Part shown: piece after piece, positions 24,841-34,534 of the stretch
Numbering within the stretch: the first letter of the stretch is position 1
Layout: every line of letters starts with the position of its first letter
Assembly: GCA_034226945.1 (NCBI GenBank)
Contig: CP120454.1
Span: forward strand, 248,001-312,000
DNA from: Picochlorum sp. SENEW3
Lineage: Eukaryota
DNA: 64,000 bases
Direction: 5' to 3'
Translations under genes and position numbers: made by a program
Notes under the pieces: generated by a model
What the model saw: the letters and a program-made list of their open reading frames with translations, nothing else
What the model was told of the DNA's origin: nothing
Databases searched by the model: none

Positions 24841-27800
24841 TTACAAAACAAGCTTTTCTTTAGGATAATAGTGACGAAATTTTTCCCTCTCGAGAATTTC
24901 CCAGCAATGCCATCCCAGTTCCCCCAATATGTCTTGCTTCAGTGCAAGTGCTTCCTGCAAGTCCTTCTGTGCCTCTTCTCCATCAATGAGCTTATTCAGG
25001 GCCTTGATGGCGAGACCGTAATGTTCTTCCATCAATTCTTTACGAGCATGCAATAGTAGATGATCATTATCCGATGCAGTGTCCACCCATTCTCGCAAGA
25101 GATCAAAAGATTTGCTCAACTCATCAGAGTTCTTTTGGTCAATATAAACTCTGCATTTGTGTCCCAGAGCCGACACCAAGGCTTCCTTTTGTGTCTCCAT
25201 TTCCTTCTTGATCTTCAAGGCTTCCTCGCCTTCAGGAGATGTTTTCTTGGCCACAAAAACTGCGAGTTTATCCCTGTCAATAGAGTCGATGATTGTGGTG
25301 CAAACTGAGAGCAACCGTTCCTGGAGCCTTTCCTTCTCTTCATCGGTAGCTTTTGCCAATGCACTCGCTGAGCGCTTCATTTCTTCTTTGAGAACAGGCA
25401 AATGGTTGGGCTTCTCTTCAAGAAGAGATTTGAGAAGAGAATTGTATTCCTCTTCTTCCTCTTCTGACAATTTCTGCAAGACGGCCACTTTGGCTCCCAA
25501 CAAGCGATCCTGAATGCTTTCTTCGATCTTTTGCTCTGATTTTGAAGTAGACGACTCTTTCTTTTTCGGCGGTACCACAAACATTACTGGAGAACTCCCT
25601 GGAGCTTGCTTTGCAGCACTTGTTCCAGCGAATTGCAGTTTGCCACTTAATACTGTGCCTGGCACAGCATCCTTTGGCAAATCTCCATCAGGCTTGCCCA
25701 CAAAGACACACGTTTTCTCTCCGGGCGCCAAATTCAGCTTTTTAACCTCATTCATTCCTCTAATCGCTTCAGAGTAGCTTTGATATACAGGAAGCACTAC
25801 ACCATCCAATTTTCTCTCAATCTGCAAAACTTGATCCTCAAACTTCTTCAGGAAAGATGGCTGTTCATGCCTCAAACATACAAAAATAGTATAGTCTCCC
25901 TTTTTCACCTGCATCGCCTCTGGATAGATATCTCCGACACCAATCACCCTCTTATTCTTATCACATACAACGGTAATTTGTCCACCAAGCTCACCATCAT
26001 ACACATAATTGTTTATCGCTGGAATTTTTGGGGTAATTTTCCCACCTTCAGCCAGTGTCACGTCATATGACAATACTAACTCGTGAACTGTACGATTTCC
26101 TGGCAATGCATTCCTAGGACCAGGCAATGCTTTCATGTCAGCCTTTGATGGCCGAAGAAACAGTGACAGTGCATCTAGTTTGCATGATGGTTTGATTGGC
26201 TCGCTTCTGAATGGAGCATGAATGACAGCTTTCAGGGGCCATGATGATCCATTTGCTGCAAACGAGTGACCTTTTGCCGGTTGTACATCGACCCCGTGGA
26301 ATGTAAGATCGACTGATATTGAGTTCTTCCCAAATGAGGACCAAAACTGAGCAATTGTCAGCTCCAAAGTGGAGCCTTGAACAACAGGGAACGAGGCTAG
26401 GTGTTCCATTCCATGATTCAGCCTGACAAAAGATCTATACTCGGTATCTGAATACCTTGTGTGCGAAACTAGTGATGTGGCTCGAACCATGCATGCCATG
26501 GAAGTCTCAATTTCCACGGGACGGATCACCATCTCTGCCCATGTGGCACCATGGGGTACCATGACAAACTGACGATCTTCCATTCCTGGAACAAACAATT
26601 TCTCATTCCAAGACAATGTGGTTCCTTTCATCTGTAAACCATAATCCGTCGAAAGCTTCAATGAACCAGCACCTTCTTCCAATAAATGTGGTTTGATGAC
26701 ACACACAGGAATCTTGAAAAGTGGCCCTGCTGCCTTATCTGTCGATTCAAATGCCTCAATCTCAGCGTAATGCAATCCATATCCTAACGAACTGCAATTC
26801 ACTTCAATTTCAAATGCCCTGCCATTGTGGTGCAGCATCAACATACTTGGAGCTACAACCCAACTCGCACTGCAGGACAACTCCAACTTCAGATCAATAT
26901 TCAATTTATGGTCCCTTACGTCTGCACTCTCGTGCAACTCTGGCTTCACATTGACAGTGAACGTTCTATTCTCCTTAGAATCTGCTGGATCCCTCAAATA
27001 CACTCCTCGTCCAGAAAAATGGCCATCTGTCCTTTTGACAGAGATATCAAAGCGAATATCTCCCAACGTATCCACAAGATGCGTCCCCTGAGATTGTCGC
27101 AAATAGTCCCAACCATCTTTCACTTGAAGTAGTCCGTGGCCATAGGTCAACCGACTGCTCTGATCATCTGGCTTGATAGGCATTGCTGTATTCTCAGCAG
27201 CCCTCCTAATCAGACTTGGAGTAATCTTCATCCCGGAAGATTTCATTGCTGATAACAACAATGCCAGTCCTCCACATGCACATGGAGAGCTCATCGATGT
27301 GCCATTCATCAACTGCTTCTTCTGTGTTGTCCACTGAGGCACACTTGTAATAGCTCCCCCTGGGGCGCTCACAGACACTCCAACATCTCCATCAATCGTG
27401 GGTCCACGACTAGACCAGGTATACTGAGCCCCGGACTCAATCGGATGCCTTACCGAATGCCCAGATTTTGCCAAATCTGGCGTCACGTATGCACCAATGC
27501 CCATAATACTACTACTGGTACCACCTGGTGCACCTACTGTGGACAATGCTGGCCCAGCATTACCTGCTGAGGCGACGAAAATCACACCATGCTTGTGTAC
27601 AATTTCATCTGCCAAACGAACAAATCGACCAGCATTTGGGGCAGATGCAGCTTCCCCATATGACATGTTGATTAAATCACATGAGTTCTCTAGCACAGCA
27701 GTCATAGCACGAGACAATCCCGTCATTGTCTCCATACTGCCGAGTCTCGTATCCCCAATCTTACAGGACACAATCTTGGCTCCAGGGGCAATCCCATTCA

Positions 27801-28857
27801 AACATGAATCCTCTGGAAAATGGCCAGCACTAATACCAGCAACATGTGTTCCATGACTCCCAGCATCGACAACGATGGAGAGAGTACATCCCTCATCATA
27901 TATATTCAGCGCAAAATTACACGCATCCAGCGCAGAGAATGTACCATATCGCAGACAGTCCCGATAGTTCGTGAGAGGCTCAAAATCCATCAACTGCCCA
28001 CGCTCATCAGCCTCATCAAAGAAAAACTCATACAACTGTGTCGTCTCAATCGCTGCCATCCATTTCTCACCATCATGCCACACCACACAATCAATAGAAG
28101 GACCAAAATCCTCGTACTTTTTCTCATACATTGTCTGCAACAGGTCCACCCGAGCCTCCAACTCTTCCTTCCTCTTCTTCTCTTTCTCTGTATCCCCCTC
28201 AATCTTCTCCGATACATCGATGCACGCACGCGTTTCCAATACATTATGATACTCTTGAAATTTGACCTTCCGCTCCTTTTTCATACGATGCTTCAGTCCA
28301 CCAGGATATAAATCATACAACCTTTTACTCCCAACACGCCATGTATTTGTAGGATTCTTCCAATCAGGATGCACCTTCAACGTATTCCCATACACCCCTT
28401 CAATACACCCATCATCATCAGCCTCTCGTATCGTGGACATATCCACATCCCCGGACCCCGTGCAATCCACCACATCGATAATCTTCTTCTCACCACACGT
28501 TGTTTCCTGAAGACCAGGAGCTCCTGGGTCCACACCCGTATCAAAAATCGCAATAACAACCCCACGACCATCAAACTCAGGATGCTCTCTCAAGAATGCA
28601 CTCGCTTGTATCTCCGTCTTTGGCACAACACTGCTCCAAGCCACGTCAACAAGTTCATCACCAGTCATTGACATGGTGGGATCCACTTCATCGCCGACCC
28701 CTACGCCAGCGGCAACAGCAACAGATGGTTCCATTCGTAATCTTCGTCGATTCTGTCTGTATGAAGAAGGATACACTGGTGTGTAAGGTACGGTCTGTTT
28801 CTTGAACTGCAAATTGACTCTTTTCCAATTCCCTGGTGCTGACAAGGCACCAATCAT
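24841..28857 (-). CDS. TPP2: Tripeptidyl-peptidase II (subtilase S8)
   Basis: Catalytic motifs DTGVDPG, HGTHVAGI and GTSMSSP. 1338 aa with a TPPII C-terminal region and an N-terminal extension; the exact start is uncertain. Confidence 0.96.
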   Translation of the reverse strand: MIGALSAPGNWKRVNLQFKKQTVPYTPVYPSSYRQNRRRLRMEPSVAVAAGVGVGDEVDPTMSMTGDELVDVAWSSVVPKTEIQASAFLREHPEFDGRGVVIAIFDTGVDPGAPGLQETTCGEKKIIDVVDCTGSGDVDMSTIREADDDGCIEGVYGNTLKVHPDWKNPTNTWRVGSKRLYDLYPGGLKHRMKKERKVKFQEYHNVLETRACIDVSEKIEGDTEKEKKRKEELEARVDLLQTMYEKKYEDFGPSIDCVVWHDGEKWMAAIETTQLYEFFFDEADERGQLMDFEPLTNYRDCLRYGTFSALDACNFALNIYDEGCTLSIVVDAGSHGTHVAGISAGHFPEDSCLNGIAPGAKIVSCKIGDTRLGSMETMTGLSRAMTAVLENSCDLINMSYGEAASAPNAGRFVRLADEIVHKHGVIFVASAGNAGPALSTVGAPGGTSSSIMGIGAYVTPDLAKSGHSVRHPIESGAQYTWSSRGPTIDGDVGVSVSAPGGAITSVPQWTTQKKQLMNGTSMSSPCACGGLALLLSAMKSSGMKITPSLIRRAAENTAMPIKPDDQSSRLTYGHGLLQVKDGWDYLRQSQGTHLVDTLGDIRFDISVKRTDGHFSGRGVYLRDPADSKENRTFTVNVKPELHESADVRDHKLNIDLKLELSCSASWVVAPSMLMLHHNGRAFEIEVNCSSLGYGLHYAEIEAFESTDKAAGPLFKIPVCVIKPHLLEEGAGSLKLSTDYGLQMKGTTLSWNEKLFVPGMEDRQFVMVPHGATWAEMVIRPVEIETSMACMVRATSLVSHTRYSDTEYRSFVRLNHGMEHLASFPVVQGSTLELTIAQFWSSFGKNSISVDLTFHGVDVQPAKGHSFAANGSSWPLKAVIHAPFRSEPIKPSCKLDALSLFLRPSKADMKALPGPRNALPGNRTVHELVLSYDVTLAEGGKITPKIPAINNYVYDGELGGQITVVCDKNKRVIGVGDIYPEAMQVKKGDYTIFVCLRHEQPSFLKKFEDQVLQIERKLDGVVLPVYQSYSEAIRGMNEVKKLNLAPGEKTCVFVGKPDGDLPKDAVPGTVLSGKLQFAGTSAAKQAPGSSPVMFVVPPKKKESSTSKSEQKIEESIQDRLLGAKVAVLQKLSEEEEEEYNSLLKSLLEEKPNHLPVLKEEMKRSASALAKATDEEKERLQERLLSVCTTIIDSIDRDKLAVFVAKKTSPEGEEALKIKKEMETQKEALVSALGHKCRVYIDQKNSDELSKSFDLLREWVDTASDNDHLLLHARKELMEEHYGLAIKALNKLIDGEEAQKDLQEALALKQDILGELGWHCWEILEREKFRHYYPKEKLVL

Positions 28858-28987
28858 ACTTGTTCTTGAGCCCGTATTATTAGTTTTATATGTCTATCTT
28901 CGGTGCGGTTGCTAGAGATGACAATACTCCTGCAAATTGAGATTTGTCGTTTTCAATATTCTTATTACGGCAAGAATCGAAAGGAAC

Positions 28988-30250
28988 ATGGCCATCTCAT
29001 CAAAATCTCCCCATGAATACAGCATTATCGGTCCAAAATCGTATATAAATGGTAACATGCATACTATGAGTGGCATAGGATCGCCCCATTGCTGCGTCAT
29101 TTCAAATCATACCACAGGGCTGAAATGCAGATACACACTGGATATCTTTGGGGTTGTGTCACAAGTTGGGTATCTTGCAAGGCCAAGGGGCAATCGGGTT
29201 CCTTCAAATGGCAGATGCGCTGCTGTTGGTCGATATGATGATTCTGAAACTGTGTGGGAGCAGGTCAGGGCTCAATTCGGGCACCATAATGGTGATCCAG
29301 GCCACTGGAACTTCAGTCCAGAATGGTATGGAGACGGTCAGTATAATGGTTGGGGCAGGAATGCTGGTAGAGTTGCATTTGAAAAATGTTCATCTCTGAA
29401 TGGCTTGGTTCAAGTAACATCGCATCCTGCATCTGTCTCCTGGACTGAGGAGGGGGAGGAATGGAGGGTGATGAGATTTAATAAAATGTCGAGACAGTCT
29501 GTCACACGGGTACAGTGTCGTGATGGAACCATGCTTCCCATGTGTTTGGCAGCTGAATATCTGAAGAGTGTCGCATCCGTTATCGCTGCCATGGTGGGCA
29601 TTAGGAATTTGGCAGCGCCAAGTGCTCAACAGCGTGTGCTCTGTATAGGTCTGGGAGGGGGCTCTATGCCCATGTTTCTTCGCCATTATTTCAAAGATAT
29701 GACGATTGATGCAGTAGAAATAGATCCTATAGTCGTAGAGGCAGCTCGAGAAGCCATGGGGTTTGTCGATGAGCATGAAATACGAGTCCATGTGCAAGAT
29801 GCCTATGATTTTGTTGCCACCTGTGGCAGCCAGTATGATATGATTTATATCGATGCATTTGACGGAGACGATGCGATTCCTCAATCCCTCTGTGATGAAT
29901 CATTTGTATCAAGAATATCAGACATTCTTCATCCAGACCATGGATGTCTGATTATGAATTTCCATGACAATGAGAATGTCATGCCAAAAGCCCAGTTGTT
30001 CCACACAAGAGTTGCATCAAAAGGAGGGCGAGGGCACGCATCCTTCACCACCAACTGTCGAATACAGAATAATGTGATTCTCTGTTGCTCTCGATCACCA
30101 GTCTATGCCACGATGAAGGACGAGGATGCCATCAGAGACTTGATAGGGACTGAAGCCAGTCGAGTTGGGAGCAGGTTCCCATGGCGATCAAACGGACGCA
30201 GAGCGACCGGTAATGAATGGACGCTGCTCACCGCGACTTCGCCTTTATAG
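28988..30250 (+). CDS. SAM-dependent methyltransferase (spermidine-synthase-like fold), probably organelle-targeted
   Basis: Motifs VLCIGLGGGSMP, VEIDPIVV, DA, YDMIYIDAFDG and G.LIMN. The start codon is uncertain. Confidence 0.8.
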   Translation: MAISSKSPHEYSIIGPKSYINGNMHTMSGIGSPHCCVISNHTTGLKCRYTLDIFGVVSQVGYLARPRGNRVPSNGRCAAVGRYDDSETVWEQVRAQFGHHNGDPGHWNFSPEWYGDGQYNGWGRNAGRVAFEKCSSLNGLVQVTSHPASVSWTEEGEEWRVMRFNKMSRQSVTRVQCRDGTMLPMCLAAEYLKSVASVIAAMVGIRNLAAPSAQQRVLCIGLGGGSMPMFLRHYFKDMTIDAVEIDPIVVEAAREAMGFVDEHEIRVHVQDAYDFVATCGSQYDMIYIDAFDGDDAIPQSLCDESFVSRISDILHPDHGCLIMNFHDNENVMPKAQLFHTRVASKGGRGHASFTTNCRIQNNVILCCSRSPVYATMKDEDAIRDLIGTEASRVGSRFPWRSNGRRATGNEWTLLTATSPL

Positions 30251-30275
30251 ATATTTATTGTAAAATATAGACAGT

Positions 30276-32081
30276 ATGGAGTCTGTTCAGGGGACGATGA
30301 GGTCCCTGGTACAGGACATGATGGCAAAACACATGTACGAAGGGGCAATTTTCTACGCGAATAAACTGGCTGTGATGTCAAATTACGCACCCAAGGATGC
30401 CTTCTTATTAGCAAATGCATTTTTTGTCGATAATCAGTACCATAGATGTCTTCATTTGTTAGAGTCTCGTGGTTTGGTGGAAGTGGACGTTCGGTTTCGA
30501 CTGTTGGCTGCTCGTTGTTTACTAGCAACCAGGGACTGGGATGAATGCATTCAGATGCTGCATGGACAAGATGTGCAGCGTGCTGATGAACTACCGTATG
30601 AGTGTGAGGGTGTGGAGGATACAAAAGGGTCAAAACTTCGGTTGAAATCAGCAATCTGTACCATGTTGGGCAAGGCTTTTGAGAATTTGGAAAACTTTTC
30701 CAAATGTGTCAGCTGGTATAAAGAAGCTGTTGTGTGTGATCCGTATAATGCAGAGGCTTTTACGTCTTTGATGCTGGGGAATAAATTGAATGAGAAGGAG
30801 GAAGGTGAGTTTGTGGAGCAGGTTTTGGCCATGTTGCCAGAGGATGCTGGGTGGTTGAAACACATGTACATGACCGTGTGCCAGAGCAGGAGTCCACCTG
30901 TGGAGAAACAAATCAAGATCTCATTAGATTGTCTCGATGATAAAAGTACGAATACAGGAAGTAAGCGAGCGACACGGAGGTCTCCTCGGACTGGTAAAGT
31001 GGGTGTAAGGTCAAGTTCCAGGCAGAGGAAGCAGAGCAGGTTTAGTGGTGCGTCGCAGGAAGGATCTCCTTCCACGCCTGAAAATAATGGATCTAGCAAT
31101 AGCATCGTCTGGACATTGGGCATGGATAGTGATATTGTGGCAAGCAGAGCGACCATGTTGATGAGGGATGGCAAGTACAATGAAGCTCACATCCTTGCAA
31201 AATCAGCAATGGATAGGGACTCGTATAATACAAGACTACTCCCTATATACTTATCGATAGCGATACAACTGAAGAAAAAGAATGATATTTTCATTCTCGG
31301 GCATAAACTTATGGCCAGGAGCCCAGACAGTGCCGAAGCATGGTTTGCTGCAGGGTGCTATTATTATGTCACGAGACAGTATTCGTCTGCGCGACAGTAT
31401 TTTGGAAAAGCAACGACTATTGAGAAATTGTTCGCTCCAGCGTGGATTGGATTTGCACATGCGTTTGCATGCATGGACGAGACAGACCAAGCAATGGCTG
31501 CATACAGGACAGCAGCAAGATTGTTTCCAGGGTTGCATGAGCCCATTCTTGGCATGAGTTTAGAGTACTCAAAGATGAACAATATGGCACTTGCAGAAAA
31601 GATGTGCAAAATAGCCTACAATAAATGCCCCAACGATCCTGCTCTCATGCACGAGATGGGGACCTTGGCGTACAAGAATGGACAATATGAGGAGGCTGCA
31701 TCGGTCTTGGAAAGGACCGTGGCCATGTTGGATGAACGCACGAGCGGTGGAAACATAGGAGTAGAAGATTTGAAGGAAGTTTCATTAGTAAATTTGAGCC
31801 ACGCGTACCGCAAACTATCTCGTTATGATTTGGCTATACATGCTTTGGAGAGGGCTCTGGGCATCAAGCCTCATCAGGCTGGCACCCACAGTGCAATGGC
31901 CTTTATTTATCAACTTACAGGCCAGCACAATACGGCAGTCGAGTGGTATCATAAGGCATTATCTGTGAAACCAGAAGATTCCTTCACGACAAGTATGCTT
32001 GAAATAGCATTACAGGATTCCTCAAAGCAGACGGTAGACTTGCTCGCATCACTGACAACAACTGATGATATGGAGACTTGA
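30276..32081 (+). CDS. APC6: Anaphase-promoting complex subunit 6 (CDC16)
   Basis: TPR protein with AIFYANKL, WFAAGCYY and APAWIGFAHAFA..DE.DQAMAAYRTAARLFPG.H. Confidence 0.95.
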   Translation: MESVQGTMRSLVQDMMAKHMYEGAIFYANKLAVMSNYAPKDAFLLANAFFVDNQYHRCLHLLESRGLVEVDVRFRLLAARCLLATRDWDECIQMLHGQDVQRADELPYECEGVEDTKGSKLRLKSAICTMLGKAFENLENFSKCVSWYKEAVVCDPYNAEAFTSLMLGNKLNEKEEGEFVEQVLAMLPEDAGWLKHMYMTVCQSRSPPVEKQIKISLDCLDDKSTNTGSKRATRRSPRTGKVGVRSSSRQRKQSRFSGASQEGSPSTPENNGSSNSIVWTLGMDSDIVASRATMLMRDGKYNEAHILAKSAMDRDSYNTRLLPIYLSIAIQLKKKNDIFILGHKLMARSPDSAEAWFAAGCYYYVTRQYSSARQYFGKATTIEKLFAPAWIGFAHAFACMDETDQAMAAYRTAARLFPGLHEPILGMSLEYSKMNNMALAEKMCKIAYNKCPNDPALMHEMGTLAYKNGQYEEAASVLERTVAMLDERTSGGNIGVEDLKEVSLVNLSHAYRKLSRYDLAIHALERALGIKPHQAGTHSAMAFIYQLTGQHNTAVEWYHKALSVKPEDSFTTSMLEIALQDSSKQTVDLLASLTTTDDMET

Positions 32082-32099
32082 TTCATTTTACAATATTAC

Positions 32100-33239
32100 T
32101 TACTGCGATGACTCATTTGGTATTCTATTTGTTATATTAGCAAAATCAACCGCATTAAATGCAAATGCAGCAACCAAAGGAGCCATCAAGTCCCCTGTCT
32201 CAAACCACAAAAGACCAAGATAGAACACCTCAAAAGAAGAAACTGCAGCAGCAAATCGAGCGGCTACTTGTCTTCGTGCCAGCCACAATAATGCTACTTT
32301 TCTGAAAGCATCCTCTGCATCCATAGTATCCTCTCCTGGCCCTGTCATGACCCTATAATACCGATCAGCATTGTCTAATGCATCTTTGATGACATCATAC
32401 TCCTCTTCAGTGGGACCCTGATCAATAAAGCTGCTTATTCCTGACAACAGAGACGTCAATGTCAACGCAACCAGAGGAGGTATCGTCTCTGGCACAGCCT
32501 CCCGAATGCCATCAAAAGACTGTCTATACATGTCCAGCATATTTGAAACACCCCCTGTAAATGCTGGCAATACTATCAACACAGTGGGCAGCACTTCACA
32601 CGCCAACACAAGAGCAGCCTGTGGTTTAGATAAGTTTGTTAAAATTGGCCTAAACTCATCGACTTGCTTGTTCTGCAAATCCTCTAAAAATGGAAGCTCT
32701 TGAAAAGCAGTTTCAGACCACAGCGCATTTTTAAACACACACAAAGGCACAGCAGCGCACAATCCAATACCAGCTGCAATCAGACTATCAATACTTAGAC
32801 GAGCCCCTCCCGCTGGATCCAGATCCAACAGCACACAGCATAAAACGGCAGCACCAGCGACAAGTGACCCAGCTAATACAGCAAGGCCAAGCTTTGTTTC
32901 CGTGGACTGTTCCATGAGCGTCGAGTCCAGCAGTTCATCCTCACCATCTCCAAGGCCAGATATCAATAGATCTAACCGCTTTCCAGCACGCAGATATGGA
33001 TCCATGAATCGCTCATGGCTCCTCCTATCAGAGTTCGCTGGTACAATTTCGCTGTGCTGCTCCGCATCCCCCTGACTACAAGGAGGGCGCAATCCCTGGT
33101 CTATATACCTACATTTAAATATGCTCTGATATCTATTCCGATAGAAGCATGAGGAATGACGCACAGGATGAAGGAGCTTGGTCTTCTTCCTGTCGCATGG
33201 CGTCACAGTCCCCACAGAATAAGCGCTTAAAGCACCCAT
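32100..33239 (-). CDS. Hypothetical multi-pass membrane protein, probably plastid-targeted
   Basis: Long intact ORF with a transit-peptide-like N-terminus and several hydrophobic helices; C-terminal LWFETGDLMAPLV. The start may instead be 33311. Confidence 0.65.
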   Translation of the reverse strand: MGALSAYSVGTVTPCDRKKTKLLHPVRHSSCFYRNRYQSIFKCRYIDQGLRPPCSQGDAEQHSEIVPANSDRRSHERFMDPYLRAGKRLDLLISGLGDGEDELLDSTLMEQSTETKLGLAVLAGSLVAGAAVLCCVLLDLDPAGGARLSIDSLIAAGIGLCAAVPLCVFKNALWSETAFQELPFLEDLQNKQVDEFRPILTNLSKPQAALVLACEVLPTVLIVLPAFTGGVSNMLDMYRQSFDGIREAVPETIPPLVALTLTSLLSGISSFIDQGPTEEEYDVIKDALDNADRYYRVMTGPGEDTMDAEDAFRKVALLWLARRQVAARFAAAVSSFEVFYLGLLWFETGDLMAPLVAAFAFNAVDFANITNRIPNESSQ

Positions 33240-33439
33240 AACGAGTACTCCGAACAATATGTCAGCTGAAAATACAATACAATGCTGACACACAGTTCGA
33301 GATATTGCCATGGCTGATGGGCATTCTGTATTTTTTGATACTTTTTTAAGGACACTTTTTTTTTTTTTGGAAAATTCTCCAACACATGTGTTCTGTGACC
33401 AAATCATCAATTTTCAAGGTACTACTCATACCAACACTC

Positions 33440-34507
33440 ATGAGTATACCTCAGAGAGTACAGGATGTGAGACGACTCTTGCAAGCAGCAGTGTCGCAGT
33501 CTCGGAATTCAAATGTGAACCCACAGCAGGTTCGACGGTTGCCAGTTCAGATGGGGAATACGAGCATCGAAGAGCGTTATTTACGCGATTTTTATGTTGA
33601 AGAGTGGGAGATGGTGACAGATGACGATGCATCGACCTCACAGTGCTATTTGCCTTTTCGGGTGGTCAAACCAGTGAAGGATCCTCCGGATGAGAAGAAA
33701 AAGTATCCAGTGGTCATGTTCCTTCATCCTACTGGAGGAGACAGGAATTATCACATTGTATGGGAATCTAGATATGTATCAAGAGGGTATATGACAGTTT
33801 CTGTGGATTCTCGATACCATGGGAGGAGGCAAGATTCACAGCTACCCTATCAGCATGCACTTGTCAAAGCATATAGTGAACAGGATTGTGGGGAGAAACC
33901 CTTTTTGTTGGACAATGTATGGGACCAACAGCGTATACTGGATGTCTTGGAAACAAGAGATGATGTTGATATGAGACGCATCGGTGTCACTGGCATGAGT
34001 CTGGGTGGGATGCATTCGTGGCTTCTGGCAGCATGTGATGAGAGAATTGCATGCGCATGCCCAATATGTGGTGTGCAGTACTTTAGATATGCCTTGGAGA
34101 ATGACTGTTATTACGAACGAGTGATGAGTATACCTGATGTGTTTCGCTATGCTACGGAGACGTCGTCGAGCAAAAAAGAAGGCCCATTTCCGTTGTCTGT
34201 GACCAAGGAGACTGTGCAGCGCGTGTGGGATAGGTTGCTTCCAGATATGTTGGAGCATTATGACGCAGACGTGTCTTTAGGCGCCATCGCTCCACGGCCG
34301 TTTCTGATTGTCACTGGGTGTAAAGACGCTAGAAATCCAATCAAAGGTATCGAGATGGTGTATGAAAAGGCGCAACGTGTGTATGAAGCTCTTGGGGCGA
34401 AAGACATGATAAGACTTTTTGCACAACAGGATGCAGGGCATGAATGCACAGCACACATGATGCAACAGGTTGATTCGTGGATGGATAAGCACTTGTTATT
34501 ATTATGA
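33440..34507 (+). CDS. Alpha/beta hydrolase (S9/esterase-like)
   Basis: Nucleophile elbow GMSLGG, DSRYHG, IAPRPFLI.TG..D and GH. Confidence 0.9.
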   Translation: MSIPQRVQDVRRLLQAAVSQSRNSNVNPQQVRRLPVQMGNTSIEERYLRDFYVEEWEMVTDDDASTSQCYLPFRVVKPVKDPPDEKKKYPVVMFLHPTGGDRNYHIVWESRYVSRGYMTVSVDSRYHGRRQDSQLPYQHALVKAYSEQDCGEKPFLLDNVWDQQRILDVLETRDDVDMRRIGVTGMSLGGMHSWLLAACDERIACACPICGVQYFRYALENDCYYERVMSIPDVFRYATETSSSKKEGPFPLSVTKETVQRVWDRLLPDMLEHYDADVSLGAIAPRPFLIVTGCKDARNPIKGIEMVYEKAQRVYEALGAKDMIRLFAQQDAGHECTAHMMQQVDSWMDKHLLLL

Positions 34508-34534
34508 AATGTACATATATATACAGTATACTAC

